Assembly (NCBI RefSeq): GCF_009914755.1
Contig: NC_060943.1
Origin: the human T2T-CHM13v2.0 reference genome, Homo sapiens
Reading direction: 5' to 3' (one strand)
DNA length: 64,000 nt
Shown one piece after another: positions 1 through 31,461 of the stretch; the stretch's first letter is position 1; every line of letters begins with the position of its first letter. The position numbers and the translations under genes are program-made. The notes under the pieces were generated by a model. The model ran no database searches and had not been told where the DNA came from. It worked only from the letters and a program-made list of their open reading frames with translations.

Positions 1-160
1 AAAAAAGCTAGAAGAGGACTTGAAATGTTCTCAACACAGAGAAATGATAAATACTTGAGGTGATAGATACCCCAATACCCTGACTTATTACACATTCTAT
101 GCATGTAATAGCATATGTACCCCATAAATATGTCCCAAATATATCATTTTTAAAAAGAAA
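1..160 (+). mobile_element. Old L1 (L1MA/MB-type) 3' end fragment
   Basis: Resembles the L1M 3' UTR (gaaatgataaatacttgaggtgatagatacccc...cattctatgcatgta...cccataaatatg) and ends in an A-rich run; subfamily is from memory. Confidence 0.65.
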
Positions 161-198
161 AGCCAACTAGTAGCTAATATACACATTTTTCAGAAGGA

Positions 199-396
199 CA
201 GGTTGAATATCCCTTCTCCAAAATACTTGGGACCAGAAGGGTTTCAGATTTGGGATTTTTTTTCAGATTTTGGAATATTTGGGTTGAGCATCCCTAACCT
301 AAAACTCTGAAACCCAAACTGCTCCAATGTGCATTTCCTTGGAGTATCATGTAGGCACTCAAAGAGTTTCAGATTTTTGAGCATTTTGGATTAGGG

Positions 397-400
<4 letters not shown>
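199..400. mobile_element. Tigger4/MER46 (Zombi)-like DNA transposon fragment
   Basis: Starts caggttgaatatccctt...ttgggaccagaag, typical of the MER46/Tigger4 terminus; cut off by an Alu. Confidence 0.6.
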
Positions 401-682
<282 letters not shown>

Positions 683-935
683 TAACTATAAATGAGCTGC
701 CCCCCCACCACCCCCGCAGTTTTAAGGAAGTCTAGAAGGATTCTCAAAACACAAGTAGCTGCGTTACTTCTGAGAAGGGGAGACCTTATTAAAATATGCT
801 GTTTGGTTGCTTTTAAAATCTACTCCTGGGTGCACATGTTCCCATTTCGCCAGGGCAGGGGTGGGTGTTACACAGAAAAAAAATAACAATAATAAAGCTG
901 GAGTCATAGGAATAACCCTTGGCCAACCTTCCCTA

Positions 936-1763
<828 letters not shown>

Positions 1764-1766
1764 CTA

Positions 1767-2033
<267 letters not shown>

Positions 2034-2420
2034 TTACTCATCTGTCACGGCCCCAGCCAGCTCTCCAGGCCACCCTCCCACAGAACCACATCTGCCTGGA
2101 GGGCTGGGGTTTACTCCAGCCACTCCCAGAGACCATGGGATCGGAGTGTCCAGGGCTGGGGACCCAGCGTTCAGCTCCCTGGACCCTCTTCCCTTTTGAG
2201 GGTCCAGAAGAGATCTGGGGAAGATGAAGAGAAAGGGATGGACAGAGAGAACAGTAACCAAGACAGGCCCCAAAAGACAGAGATGTAGACAAAGATTCAG
2301 GCAAAAGAAAAGATAGAAATAGAACAGAGACAAGTAGAGACAACCCGAGACGAAGGAAAAGCCAGCGGGAGAGGAAAAAGATCCAGAAGCAGGTGGGGAA
2401 AGGAGACCCAAGAAAAGCTC

Positions 2421-3196
<776 letters not shown>

Positions 3197-3508
3197 TCCT
3201 GGCTCTGTCCCTTACTAAGGAAACTTGGAAAAGATTACTTAAGCACCTTGACCTTCAGCTTCTTTATTTATAACGTGAAAAAAAAAAACGTAATAGAACT
3301 TGCCTCACAAGTTTGTTGTAAGGATTCAGTGAGGAAATGCTCATGAAATATTCAGGACCATATCTGGCACATAGTAAATGTTTCATTAGTATCAGCTCTT
3401 GTTGTTACTATTCAGAAGAACATGACAGGCAGGAAACAAGGACAGAGAAAAAGGCAGGCACAGAGCAGGGGAGACAGAGAGGAGCAGCAAGGGGGGCAGC
3501 GCTGGTCA

Positions 3509-3682
<174 letters not shown>

Positions 3683-3832
3683 CTATAGGTCGGAACACAA
3701 AAAGGGTGGAGGCCTGAATCCCTAAGACCCCAGGGAGTAGTGGGCTGGGGCTGGGACTCCTGGTCAGAGGAAGAAGGTGACTGAGGACTTGGATTCCTGG
3801 GTCCTGGGGAGGAGGGGGCTAAGAATCAGAGG

Positions 3833-4930
<1,098 letters not shown>

Positions 4931-5726
4931 ATTAATGAATGCAAAACATATTCATGTTATGTGATACGGTGGATGCAGAAGTGGATTGTGTCTGGGCCCT
5001 GTCCTCCAAGTGGGAACACAGCCAGTTGGAAAGATCAGGGCAGTAAAATCCAGAGACTGTGGGAACCCAGAATGAAGAACAATGTCAGCCAGAGGTTGAG
5101 GCTGCAGTGATTGCACTACTGCACTCCAGCCTGGGCGACAGTGAGACCCTGTCTCAAAATCAAAACAAAACAAAACAATCAGGGAGCATTTGGATCTGGG
5201 AAAATAAAAGGAGCTAGAAGAGCATTTTGGGCAGAGGAAGCGGCTTGGCACAAATGCATGAAAGTTGAAAAGTACAAGAAGTCTGGGGGACAAACTCCAG
5301 CCAGGGTGGAAGAGGATGTGGTGGTGGGAAGAACGTGGTGGGAGAGGACAGTGGGAAGGCCAGCTCGTCCAGCTCACGGGGGGTTTGGTCAACCTGGGGA
5401 TATGGGGAGCCTCAGAAGGACTGAAAGGATGGGGTAGGAGCTAGGAATCATCCCTCTGGGAGATGGGTTACAGGGGTGGAGAGCAGCTGCCTCGGGAGTC
5501 CTCCAAGCAATGAGGGTGAGACCTAAGCTGGGGCCTGGGCGGTGGGGCTGAAAAATAGATGGACTAGACAGAGAGGATCAGGAAGCAGAAAGGATAGGAC
5601 ATGGTGGTTGACGGGCTTGGAGGTGAGAGACAGGGAAGTGTACAGGGCAAAGTCCAGGACTCTGGCCTGGTGACCAAAGGGACAGCAAGACAAACAGTGT
5701 GGAGAAGGGAGTTGCTGAGGTCAGCC

Positions 5727-5850
5727 AGACTCCTGGGTCAGAGGGAGGAGGGGCTGGGGCCTGGATTCCTGGATCTAAGGAAGGAGGATCTGGGGGTCTG
5801 GACTTCTGGGTTTGAGGGAGGAGGAGCTGGGGGTCTGGACTCCTGGGACA
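5727..5850 (-). repeat. Degenerate MSR1 minisatellite, about 3 units
   Basis: actcctgggtcagagggaggaggggctggggcctgga-type units. Confidence 0.75.
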
Positions 5851-6145
5851 GAGGGAGAAGGGGCTGCGACCGAGATTTCTGGATCTGGGTGAGAAGGGAG
5901 TATGAAGTAGCCAGTACCCTAGGAAGAAGAGCACATTTCTGTCTCAGGAGAGAGGGCCCGGGAGAAATATGTGATCTTTGAGGATAAATGAGGGCCTAGG
6001 ACCCAGCCTCATAAAATTCCAACATACACGACACTTGCAAAGAAAAAAACTGACAAAATCACAAGTCACCATTTTCCAACCTATAATGGTAACTGACCCA
6101 AGCAATGACCACTGATGGATGTTACAATCTTCAGATAAAAGATTC

Positions 6146-6721
<576 letters not shown>

Positions 6722-7044
6722 CTAAAGCACTTCTGAATACGATCAAACCTCTCCCTCTAACCAACACCCACTTGCAGAAACAGAGGCATGTTCAAGGGCA
6801 CCACAGGCATGCGATCGGCCATGCTCTGCCTATAGGACAGAAGACTGGATTTTTCCAATAAACAGTATGGGGAAGACACAGCGGGTAGGAACCACCAGAG
6901 ATAAAACAATGGGCAAGACGTATCAGCCAATCACACTGAACTTTGGGGACTTCATTCAAACAAGCCACCTGTTAACTGGCATTTTGAGACTGTCTGGGAA
7001 ACACAAAAACTAACCAGAAATAAGACAATACTAAGAACTTATTA

Positions 7045-8336
<1,292 letters not shown>

Positions 8337-8343
8337 TGAACTA

Positions 8344-8706
<363 letters not shown>

Positions 8707-8839
8707 TTAAGTGGAGATGCCTCGCCCCCTGCAATCACTAAGTAGGTCTGGTCCCCACCCAACATCACCCTCTGCGGGTCTCAGTCCATCAGTCCACTTA
8801 CCTAACACAACCACCACTCCCATAATCTGTCGCAGGCTC

Positions 8840-9676
8840 TTTTCTTTTTCTTTCTTATCTTTTTTTTTTTTTTTTGTCCTGAGATAGGGTCTCACTGGCT
8901 GGAGTGCAGTGGCGCGATTACGGCTCACTGCAGCATCGACCTCCCTCGCTCAAGCGATTCTTCTGCCTCATCCTCCTAGGTAGCTGTGACTACAGGCGCG
9001 CACCGCCACGCCAAGCTCTTTTTTTTTTTTTTTTTTTTTGGCAGAGAGGGGGCGATGCTATGTTGCCCAGGCTGGTCTCAAACTCCTAGGCTCAAGGGAT
9101 TCTCCCACCTCGGCCTCCCAAAGTGCTACGATTACAGGCATAAGCCACCGCGCCCGGCCTCAGACCCCTGTATTTAAGGTCGGAGTGGGGGAGGGTGCAA
9201 GTCCCGTGACCACCCAACCACACGGACCACAGAGGCTTGCAGTACCGTATGGAGGGTGAGCAGATGTAAAGCCGACTTATGAAAGGTGTTTCTTTTTCTC
9301 TATCAGGTCCTATTCTCTTGGCGTCACTTTCTTGTAGTGCCTGGATCTGTCTCTGTCTCTCCACCTGACCCCAGTCTCTCAGATTCGGTATCTGTCCACT
9401 GCCTCTGAATCACTAGATCTTTCTTCCTCGGAGTATGTCCCTCTCTCGAGGTTTTTGTCTATTTGTTTCTCTGAGCATCTCTGCCATTTATTTCTGGGTT
9501 TCCCTCTGTCTCGATTCCCCTCTCTCTGACTCTAGTCTCACTGTGTCTCTGTCTTTTTGGGGTCTTTGTCTCTCAGTCTCCATGTCTCTGGGTCTCTGTC
9601 TGGCTTCTTGATCTCTCTGCATCTCTTACTCGTTTGGTTCTCTCTGTTCTGTAGTCTCTCCTGTCTGTCTATCTGG

Positions 9677-9708
<32 letters not shown>

Positions 9709-9982
9709 AGAGATAGGTTCTGCTTTGTCCCAGGCTGGGGTGCAGTGGCGCAGTCATAGTTCACCGCAGCCTACAACTCCTGGGCTCAAGCGATCCTCCT
9801 GCCTCAGCCTCCCGAGTAGCTGGGATTACAGGCACGCGGCACTGCGCTTGGACAATTTTTGTATTTTTTTTTTCTCTAGAGACAGGGATTTGCTATGTTG
9901 CCCAGACTTGTCTCGAACTCCTGGGCTTAAGCAATCCTCCCCTCGGCCTCCCCAAGTGCTGGGATTACAGGCGTGAGCCACC
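8840..9982 (-). mobile_element. Two antisense Alus (8840-9159, 9705-9982) within CT-rich low-complexity sequence
   Basis: Alu consensus; (TC)n at about 9676-9700. Confidence 0.85.
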
Positions 9983-10222
9983 TATCTGGTTCCTCTATAC
10001 TAGTCTCTCTGTCTCTGTCGCCCGTTTGGGTCTATCTCCGTTCTTGGGGCCTCCCCGTGGCTCTATCTGGTTTCTGTCTCTGTATCTGGTTTCTGTCTGT
10101 CTGTGCCTCTGCCTCTCTGGCTCCGTGTCCTGGTGTATCTCTCTCTCAGTAGTCTCTGCTATCACTCGGTCTCTCTCCCTGTCTCCGGGTCTCTGTCTTT
10201 CTGGTTTCCCTCTACCTGTCTA

Positions 10223-10633
<411 letters not shown>

Positions 10634-11082
10634 TCAAAGGATGGAACTGAGCGTTACGGAGGCGTGTCCTGAAGTTTCCAGAGGCGGGGCTTGATGGCTC
10701 CAAGGCGACACGCCACCGGAGACGGGACCGGAATTTGAGTCCGGGTCGTAGCACGCCCCCTACTGACCTCTTCGACCCCGCCTCCCCTCCCTCATCTCTA
10801 GGTGTCAGGCCTTGTACCCTCCCAGCAGCCCCCTACAATCTCTTGGATTCGCTTAGAGCGACCCATCTTCTCCCTCCGAGACTCAGCAGTTCGGCTCCCG
10901 CCCCATCCTTCCCGGAGCCCCGTAGTCTTAGTCCCGACCCCACTGTGCAGGGCAACCGTGCCCACGCCGCCTCACCCAGGGATCCAGGAGTCGGGGCTCT
11001 CCTTCTCTGAACAAGCCAGGAGTCGGAGTCCTTGAGATTCCGAAGTCCAACTGCCACCTCCCCACAGCCTCGGCCCCCTCAC

Positions 11083-11300
11083 CAGCTCAGGCTTCGGCGC
11101 GCTCCGCTCTGCGCGCTGGGCACGGCCGCTTCTGCCTATGAGACAGGTGGCAGGGGAAGAGGGAGGAGAGAGGCCGCCCGGTCCCCCTCCCCAGCAGCCC
11201 GGAAGTGGAGGGGGGACAACAGGTCCAACAGCTCCCGAGGGAGGAGGGAGCCACGGGCTTGCCCCACCCGTGGCCTCGGCATCCGGCCATCCCGGCCCCA
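11083..11300 (-). other. PHLDB3: Putative non-coding exon 1 of PHLDB3 (5' end uncertain)
   Basis: Strong CTG|GTgagg donor at 11081-11082 inside the CpG island. Confidence 0.6.
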
Positions 11301-11810
11301 CCGGCCCCGGCCCGGCCCCACCCTCGTGGAACTCAGCATCGCGACCTCCCAGTCTCCCTCGAGCCCCTCATTCCTGCCCCCCTGGAGGAGTCTTGGCCAC
11401 CTCTGTATGGGAGCCTCTCTAATGTCCAGACCTTGGGAGTTCAGAAAGGAAGGCAGGAATGGAGATGGGGACGTCTCCCCTCTAATGAGCCCTTCAGAAG
11501 GGCCCTGACCGGTTTGGGGAGCTGGACAAGGGGAAGGGGTGCCCTGAACTGAGTCAGACACCTGCCCAGAGACTGAGGGAAGTGTACCGCCACCCCCCCA
11601 CAACTTTGCTATGGGGTGGAGGGCAGAGGTTAAAGGTCTCAGCCAGACCCTTTCCTCTCTGGGCGAAAACAGGAAAATGAAAACAGGAAAATAACTGGTA
11701 TATGAAAAGGGATGATTAGAAGTCAAGAGCTGTGTGAAACACTTTATACCCAGTCATTTAATTTCACCCTCAAAGCTGTCCAGCGAGAAAGTGATTACTA
11801 CCTCCATTTG

Positions 11811-13193
<1,383 letters not shown>

Positions 13194-13236
13194 CTAGTGC
13201 ATTAATAGTGGATGGGAGCATCTGACAGAAGTGAGA

Positions 13237-13289
13237 TCAGGCAGTGGGTGTCTGCACCCCACAGCGCATGTTGGCTGGAACAGCAAAGT
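13237..13289 (-). CDS. ETHE1: ETHE1 exon 7 (c.713-765), DFAVPANMRCGVQTPTA*
   Basis: ctttcAG acceptor; TGA at 13237-13239; exons sum to 765 nt = 254 aa plus stop. Confidence 0.97.
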
Positions 13290-13402
13290 CTGAAAGGAAG
13301 AAATCAAGGTTAAAACTAAGGGGCCTAGGTAGAGTTCCAGGCCCCACTGGAGACCCAGAAATCCTAGGAACCTTTCCTCTTCAGGAAACTAGAGTTTTGG
13401 TC

Positions 13403-14663
<1,261 letters not shown>

Positions 14664-14733
14664 TTAGTTTTCCCCCAGTTCCCTAAGCTCCACAAGTAAG
14701 GCCCAGGAAAACCCATGCCCTGCAGAATTCTAG

Positions 14734-17150
<2,417 letters not shown>

Positions 17151-17233
17151 CAAATAGGTAACTAACACACCCCTGAATCTAACTGTCCCCCAACAGCTAA
17201 GCCCCTGAATCTAACTCTTCCCATACTCTAGCA

Positions 17234-17736
17234 TGGGGGTCCTTAACCCTGGGTACCGGTCCGTGGTCTGTTAGGAACTGGGCTGTGCAGAAGGTGGTGA
17301 GCGGTGGGTGAGTGAGCAAAGCTTCATCTGTAGTTACAGCCACTCCCCATCACTCCCGTTACCACCTGAGCTCTGCCTCCTGTCAGATCCGCAGCAGCAT
17401 TAGATTCTCATAGGAGCACAAACTCTATTGCGAACTGCACATGCGAGGGATCTAGGTTGCGTTCTCCTTATGAGAATCTAATGCCTGATGATCTGTCACT
17501 ATCTTCCGTCTCTCCCAGATGTGACCATCTAGTTGCAGGAAAACAAGTTCAGGGCTCCCACTGATTCTACATGATGGTGAGTTACATAATTATTTCATTA
17601 TCTATTGCAATGTAATAATAAAGTGCACAATAAATGTAATGCATTTGAATCCCCGAAACTATGCCCTGCCATGGTCCATGGAAAAATTGTCTTCCACGAA
17701 ACCGGTCCCTGGTGCCAAAAAGGTTGGGGACCACTG
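17234..17736. mobile_element. MER1A-like (hAT-Charlie) DNA transposon
   Basis: Terminal inverted repeats ggggtccttaacc / ggttggggaccactg; 8-bp TSD ctctagca/ttctagca; about 500 bp. Confidence 0.8.
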
Positions 17737-17880
17737 TTCTAGCAGGTAAACTCCTTGAATTTAATACTGAAGCCCCCTAAAAGTCTAATGTCCATCCATT
17801 CATTCTTGTAACAGATACTTCAACACTTGACACACACGTAACTATATGAAGATCTTGGGCTGGATAAAGGAGCTGGTCAC

Positions 17881-18010
17881 CTTGCTGGAAGTCTGTCCGC
17901 CCACACCCACGGATCAACAGGGCATCTCCAGTGAAGGCCATGCTGTGGTCATTCAGGACGAAGGTGACACAGCCTGGGGTGTGGCCAGGGCTGGCCCTGG
18001 TCTCCAACGC
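17881..18010 (-). CDS. ETHE1: ETHE1 exon 4 (c.376-505), [14 protein letters not shown]...[17 protein letters not shown]
   Basis: 130 nt; PGHT and TGDAL iron-ligand motifs; AG/GT boundaries. Confidence 0.97.
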
Positions 18011-18267
18011 CTGGCAGGGGTGGAAGAGTACAGAGATAGTCACCAAGAAGCCTTCTAGATGAAACTGGCCCCCAAAGCCCCACCCTACCCCAGGGTCTTA
18101 TCTAGATAAACATTTTGGTAAAAAATGTAGATTCCCAGGCTGTAATCTTATATTATCAGAGTAAACTCCAAGTGGATTAAAGATTTAAATGCATGAAAAA
18201 TAAAACCGCAAAGCTGTGACACACAACAACAAAAATACAAATAATATCTGACCTCTGGTTAGGAAGG

Positions 18268-21272
<3,005 letters not shown>

Positions 21273-21643
21273 GAAGGGATATTCAAATGTGATACCTAAA
21301 GTGATAAATCATTAAGGAAAAGATCAGTCAGAAGGTTCTGAATGGCAGCAACACCATAAACAAAATCTAAAGAGAACCAATATGCTGGGAAAATATATTT
21401 GTAACATATACATACCACACAGTGGTCAATATACTTAATATACAAACAGATCTTGCAAACCAATTTTAAAAAGGTAAGCACACTAATATAAAAATGGAAT
21501 ACCCAACAGTCATTAAAAGCAATACCGTTGAAATAAAATTCAATGTTTTACACTTTTAAAAATAAAAAATAGGCAGTGGTGGCTGGGCGCTGTGGCTCAT
21601 ACCTGTAATCCCAGCACTTTGGGAGGCCGAGGCGGGCAAATCA

Positions 21644-21823
<180 letters not shown>

Positions 21824-21934
21824 TCACACTCCAGCCTGGATGACAAGAGCAAAACTCCGCCTTAAAAAAAAAAAAAAAAAAAGACAGTGAAAAGGTAGCC
21901 CTCAGAGTGGAAAATGATATTTACAAACATAAAC

Positions 21935-22600
<666 letters not shown>

Positions 22601-22717
22601 ATCCAACAAAGTTCTTGGATCCGGAATATATAAAGATCATCTACAAATCAAAATTACTGGGCAGTTTCTACTAAAGCTAAATCTACACATACCCTGTGGC
22701 TCAACCCTTGGTATACA

Positions 22718-23802
<1,085 letters not shown>

Positions 23803-24071
23803 GGCCAGGCACGGTGGCTCACGCCTGTAATCCCAGGACTTTGGGAGGCTGAGGCAGGCGGATCACAAGGTCAGGAGTTCGAGACCAGTCTGGCCAACAT
23901 AGTGAAACACCGTCTCTACTAAAAATATAAAAATTAGCTGGGTGTTATGGTGTGCACCTGTAATCCCAGCTACTCAGGAGGCTGAGGCAAGAGAATCGCG
24001 TGAACCCGGGAGGCAGAAGTTGCAGTGAGCCAACATCGCACCACTGTACTACAGCCTGGGCAACACAGTGA

Positions 24072-24620
<549 letters not shown>

Positions 24621-25162
24621 TAGCCAGGATGGTCTCCATCTCCTGACCTCATGATCCGCCCACCTCGGCCTCCCAAAGTGCTGGGATTATAGGCGTGAGC
24701 CACCGCGCCTGGCCTTATTATTATTAACTAATACAAAAATATCTACAATCTACTTCAGTTCATAGGAAAGAAAAGTTTTAATAAGACAAATTAAATGACA
24801 CACCATGAGGAAACAGTCGAACACGTCTAGAATGTGGAATATTTTAGAAGACAGCATGTCAGGAAGCTTCAAAAGTCAATACCCTGGAGGGCCAAGCACA
24901 GTGGCTGATGCCTGTAATCCTAGCACTTTGGGAGGCCGAGGCAGGTAGATTACTTGAGGTCAGGAATTTGAGACCAGACTGGTGAACATGGTGAAACCCC
25001 ATCCATACTAAAAATACAAAAATTAGCCGAAGCCAGGCACGGTGGCTCGCCTAATCGCGACACTTTGGGAGGCCAAGGCAGGTGGATGACCTGAGGTCAG
25101 GAGTTCAAGATCAGCCTCGCCAACATGGTGAAACCCCATCTCCACTAAACATACAAATATTA

Positions 25163-25543
<381 letters not shown>

Positions 25544-26059
25544 TCAAAAAAAAAAGTCAATATCCTGGGGCAAAAGGATATGAAACTGTTCTAGATCCAA
25601 AAAGATTTTTGATAAATAAAAAATAATAAATAAATAATAAAAAAGAAAACAAAACAAAAAGAAAAGAAGGAAAAAGAAAACACATACACACACACAAAAG
25701 AGACTAAATAGACATAATGGCCAAACACTAAGCTCAATTGTATCCTGGTTCCTAAAAACAGCCGTAGGCTGGGCACCGTGGCTCACACCTATAATTACAG
25801 CACTTTGAGTCACGGAGAGGGGAAGATCATTTGAGCCCAGGAGATTGAGACCAGCCTGGGCAACATGGTGAGATCCTATCTCTACCAAAAAAAGAAAGAA
25901 AAAAGAAAAAAAAAGCTGTAAAAATTATTCCTCGGGTAATTGGAGACATCTGAACACAGCTGAATATTTAATAATGATATAAAGTTACTGCATATTGGCC
26001 GGGCGTGGTGTCTCACGCCTGTAATCCCAGTACTTTGGGAGGCCGAGACGGGCGGATCA

Positions 26060-26393
<334 letters not shown>

Positions 26394-26528
26394 TCAAAAC
26401 GATTTTTGGACTTTTTGCCCATTTTCACTCGCATTCCCCAAAAACATTTGGGGGAGAGGGGCGCGGTTCTAAAAGTTTCATGACCTATAGTGACATAATT
26501 GCTCTGATGGCTGATGAAATTTGTGCTT

Positions 26529-26560
<32 letters not shown>

Positions 26561-27194
26561 AGACAGTCTTGCTCTGTGGCCCAGGCTGGAGTGCAGTGGT
26601 GCGATCTCGTCTCACTGCAACCTCTACCTCCTGGGTGTTCAAGTGATTCTCATGCTTCAGCCTCCTGAGTAGCTGGGATTACAGGAGCGTGCCACCATGC
26701 CCGGTTAATTTTTGTATTTTTAGTAGGGACGGGGTTTCATCATGTTGGCCAGGCTGATCTCAAACTCCTGACCTCGGGTGATCTGCACACCTCGGCTTCC
26801 CAAAGTGCCAGGATTACAGGCGTGAGCCACCGCGCCCGGCCTGTGCTTGTGTATTGTTATATTTTGTACTATTATTTCAATGTAGATTTTAAAAAATTCA
26901 AAATAAGAAATTGTGGGTGGGGAACATATAACATCTTGACCTAAAGCAGCCTTCATTGTCCCTGAAACTTGTCGAGTGATTTCCGCAACAGCCCAGCCTG
27001 CCTAACCCCAAATTCTTTCAACAAATTCATTCTTCCCTTCCATGATGCATCATGTCTGTGACACATCCCCAGAGCTTTTCTTTCATCTGTTGCCTGCAGC
27101 AGCTAAACCTGAAACTACCCCCATCAAAGAAACATAACCCAGAAGGAATCCTGTAAAGCATTCAGCTTGCTGGCCTTGGAGTTCCCACGGCCTA

Positions 27195-27212
27195 CACTGC
27201 CCCCTGGTGGCA
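27195..27212 (-). promoter_or_regulatory. Candidate CTCF site
   Basis: Reverse complement TGCCACCAGGGGGCAGTG closely matches the CTCF core CCACYAGRKGGCR; lies in non-Alu sequence. Confidence 0.65.
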
Positions 27213-27735
27213 AGTAAGCTCTCAGCTTCTTTTCCATTTGGTTCCCAAGTTCTTTCCCTTCATTACTCAAAACTATAGTAAACACCTCTTATCTGCCTGG
27301 GATACATTTCAAGACCCGGAGTGGATGCCTAAAACCGCAGATAGTACAGAACCCTACACACTATGCTTTTTCCTATACATACGCACCTATGATAGAGTTT
27401 AATTTATAAATTAGGCACATTAATAAATCAATAATAACTAATAATAAAATAGAACAATTACAGCAAGGCATGATGGTGCACGTCTGTAGGCCCAGCTACT
27501 TGGGAGGCTGAGGCGGGAGGATCACCTTAGCCAGGGTTCAATACCAGCCTGGACAACATAGCGAGACCCCCACCCAAAAAAAAAAAAAAAAGAATAGGTC
27601 GGACACAGCAGCTCAAACCTGTAATCTTAGCACTTTGGGAGGTCAAGGCAGGTGGATCACTTGAGGTCAGGAGTTCGAGACCAGCCTGGCCAACATGGTG
27701 AAACCCCATCGCTACTAAAAATCTTTTAAAAATCA

Positions 27736-27948
<213 letters not shown>

Positions 27949-30755
27949 TTAAGCCTGGTGCAGTGGCTCACTCTAATCCCAGCACTTTGGGAGGCCAAGG
28001 AGGGAGGATTGCCTGAGCCCAGGAGGTCGAGGCCAGCCTGGGCAATGTGGCAAAACTCTGTCTTTACAAAAAACACAAAAACTAGCCAGGAGTGGTGGTG
28101 CACACCTGTAGTTCCAGCTATTTGGAAGCCTGAGGCAGGAGGATCGCTTGAGCCAGGAGGTTGAGGCTGCAGTGAGCTATGATTGCACCACTGCACTCCA
28201 GCCTGGATGACAAAGTGAGACCCTGTCTCAAAAAAAAAAAAAAATTTTTTTTCAGCTTTTCTCTATGCTTGAAATTTTTCATAATAAAATGTTGGAAGAA
28301 AAATTACTCGTTTCACAATTTTAAAAGGAGGAAGTATTGAAACCCACACTTGAGCCACATAAGAATCAATGGTGGAGCTTTTAAAACATGCCAATTCCTT
28401 GTGTCCACCCAGAACAATTAAATCAGACTCTCTGATTCTAAGGGACCTGGGGGATCAGTGTTTTCAGCAGTACTTCTCTAAGCCAGCATATTTAACAGCA
28501 AACCTAACTTTCTGATTCGGCCACCCTGTGGCAGCTAAGATGTTCACTTCTCAATCAGTTTATTAAAAAAAGAAAACTCGGGCCAGGTGCGGTGGCTCAC
28601 TCCTGTAATCCCAGCATTTTGGGAGGCTGAGGCACGCAGATCACTTGAGGCCAGGTGCTCACGACCAGCCTGGCAGTATGGCGAAACCCCATCTCTAATA
28701 AAAACATAAAATTTAGCCAGATGTGGTGGTGCGCACCTGTAATCCCAGCTACTGGAGAGGCTGAGGCAGAAGGATCACCGAAAGGCGGAGGTTGCAGTGA
28801 GCCGAGACTGCGCCACTGCACTCTAGCCTGGGCGACAGAGTGAGGCTCTGTCTCAGAAAAAAAAGAATTACTCCTGTTTTGGCGATCCACTGCCTTGTAG
28901 CGTCATCATGTATTAAACAGTCCCCTGCTGTGTACTTTGTCCCCTGCCCTACACCCCTGCTGTCTTTTGTGCACATGAGCAAGGGTGTCTCTGGGCTTCA
29001 CACCTAGAAGGGGAACCTCTGGGTTGGAGATCCTGAAGGCAGCCAGCTAATCCTTGAAACAGCCTCAAGAGGAAGGTGCTGTGATAAACCCTGTGTTTTA
29101 GCGCAGGGAACTGAGGCTCCCAGAGGGAGGCAGAGATTGCAGTGAGCCAAGATTGTGCCACTGCACTCCAACCTGGGGGACAGAGTGAGACTCTGTCTCT
29201 AAAAAAAAAAAAAAGAAAGAAAGAAAACTCATTCTACAATGAAACCACTTAAATTTGTCCCATCTTTTATGTAAGATGAACAACCAGTTCAAGAAACTGG
29301 GAGTTTCTATGAAAATTAAACATTTGTCGACTCAGTGACCCAGAAAATCCAGTCCTTAGAATTCATGACAATGTTCCCTAAGATATTAGCAGAAGAATCT
29401 TCATAGCAGCATTATTCGTGGTAGCCAAAAACTGAATAATCAGAAGGAAAATAGGGTGTAGTGGCTCATGCCTGTAATTCACTTTGTACTTTGGGAGGCT
29501 GAGGCAAGGAGGATCGCTTGAGCCTAGGAGCCACCACAACCTGCCCATTTTGTAGGGCAAAAATTATGGCCAGTGGACCAAATTTGGCCTGCCATCAGTT
29601 TTTGTAAGGCCTGTAAGCTAAGAATCATTTTAACTTTTTTTCACATTGAAAACTATCAAAGTAACATGTAAAAACTAGATGGGGCTCACACCTGTAATCC
29701 CAACACTTTGGGAGGCCGAGGCAGGAGGGTTGCTTGAGGCCTGGAGTTTGAGACCAATCTGAGCAACACAGCAAGACTCAGTCTCTACAAAAAATTGTTT
29801 AAAAATTAGCTGGGCATGGTGGCACATGCCCATAGTCCCAGCTACTCAGGAGGCTGCGGTAGGAGGATCACTTGAGCCCAGGAGTTGGAGGCTGCAATGA
29901 GCTATGCTCACGCCAGTGCATACCAGCTTGGGCAACAGAACAAGAGCCTGTCTCAAACAAATTTAAAAAAAAACCTATATGAAATCCAAATTTTATTTTT
30001 TATTTTATTTATTTATTTTTTTTGAAATGGAGTTTTGCTCTTGTCACTCATGCTGGAGTGCAATGGCACCATCTGGGCTCACTGCAACCTCCACCTCCCG
30101 GGGGAGGTTCAAGCGATTCCCCTGCCTCAGCCTCCTGAGTAGCTGGGAATACAGGCACACCCCACCACGCCCAGCTTATTTTGTATTTTTAGTAGAGATG
30201 GGGTTTCACCATGTTGGTCAGGCTGGTCTCGAACTCCTGACCTCAGGTGATCTACCCACCTCAGCTTCCCAAAGTGCTGGGATTACAGGCATGAGCCTGA
30301 CCTAAAATCCAAATGTAGAGGCCACAAATAAAGTCTTATTAGAACACAGCCATGCCTATTCATTTATGCAGTGTCTGTGGCTGCTTTCATGCCACAATAA
30401 GAGAGCTGAGTAGCTGTCACAGAGACCCTACTACCTGTAAAAACCGAAAATATTTACTATCTGGTCCTTCACAGAAAAAGGTGGCCAACTGCTGCTCTAT
30501 AGCAATAAGAAGGAAAGAACTCCAAGTATAAACCAACATCATGTAGAGTGGAAAAAAGGCCAGACACAAAAGAGTACACTGTATAAGTCCTGTTTATAAT
30601 GTCAGAACAGGCAAAACCGGCCTGTGGTTAAATGCATCAGAAGAATGGTGCCTTAGGAGGGCGGTCATTGGCCAGAAAGGGAGGCAAGGAAGACTTCTGG
30701 GGTGATGGGCAAGTTCTGTATCGGGATCTGGGTAAGTACTCATACACATGTATAA

Positions 30756-31019
<264 letters not shown>

Positions 31020-31116
31020 TGATCTCGAACTTCTGACCTCAAGTGATCCGCCCACCTCAGCCTCTCAACGTACTGGAATTACAGGCATGAGCCACCACAC
31101 CCAGGCTAACAATTCA

Positions 31117-31461
<345 letters not shown>

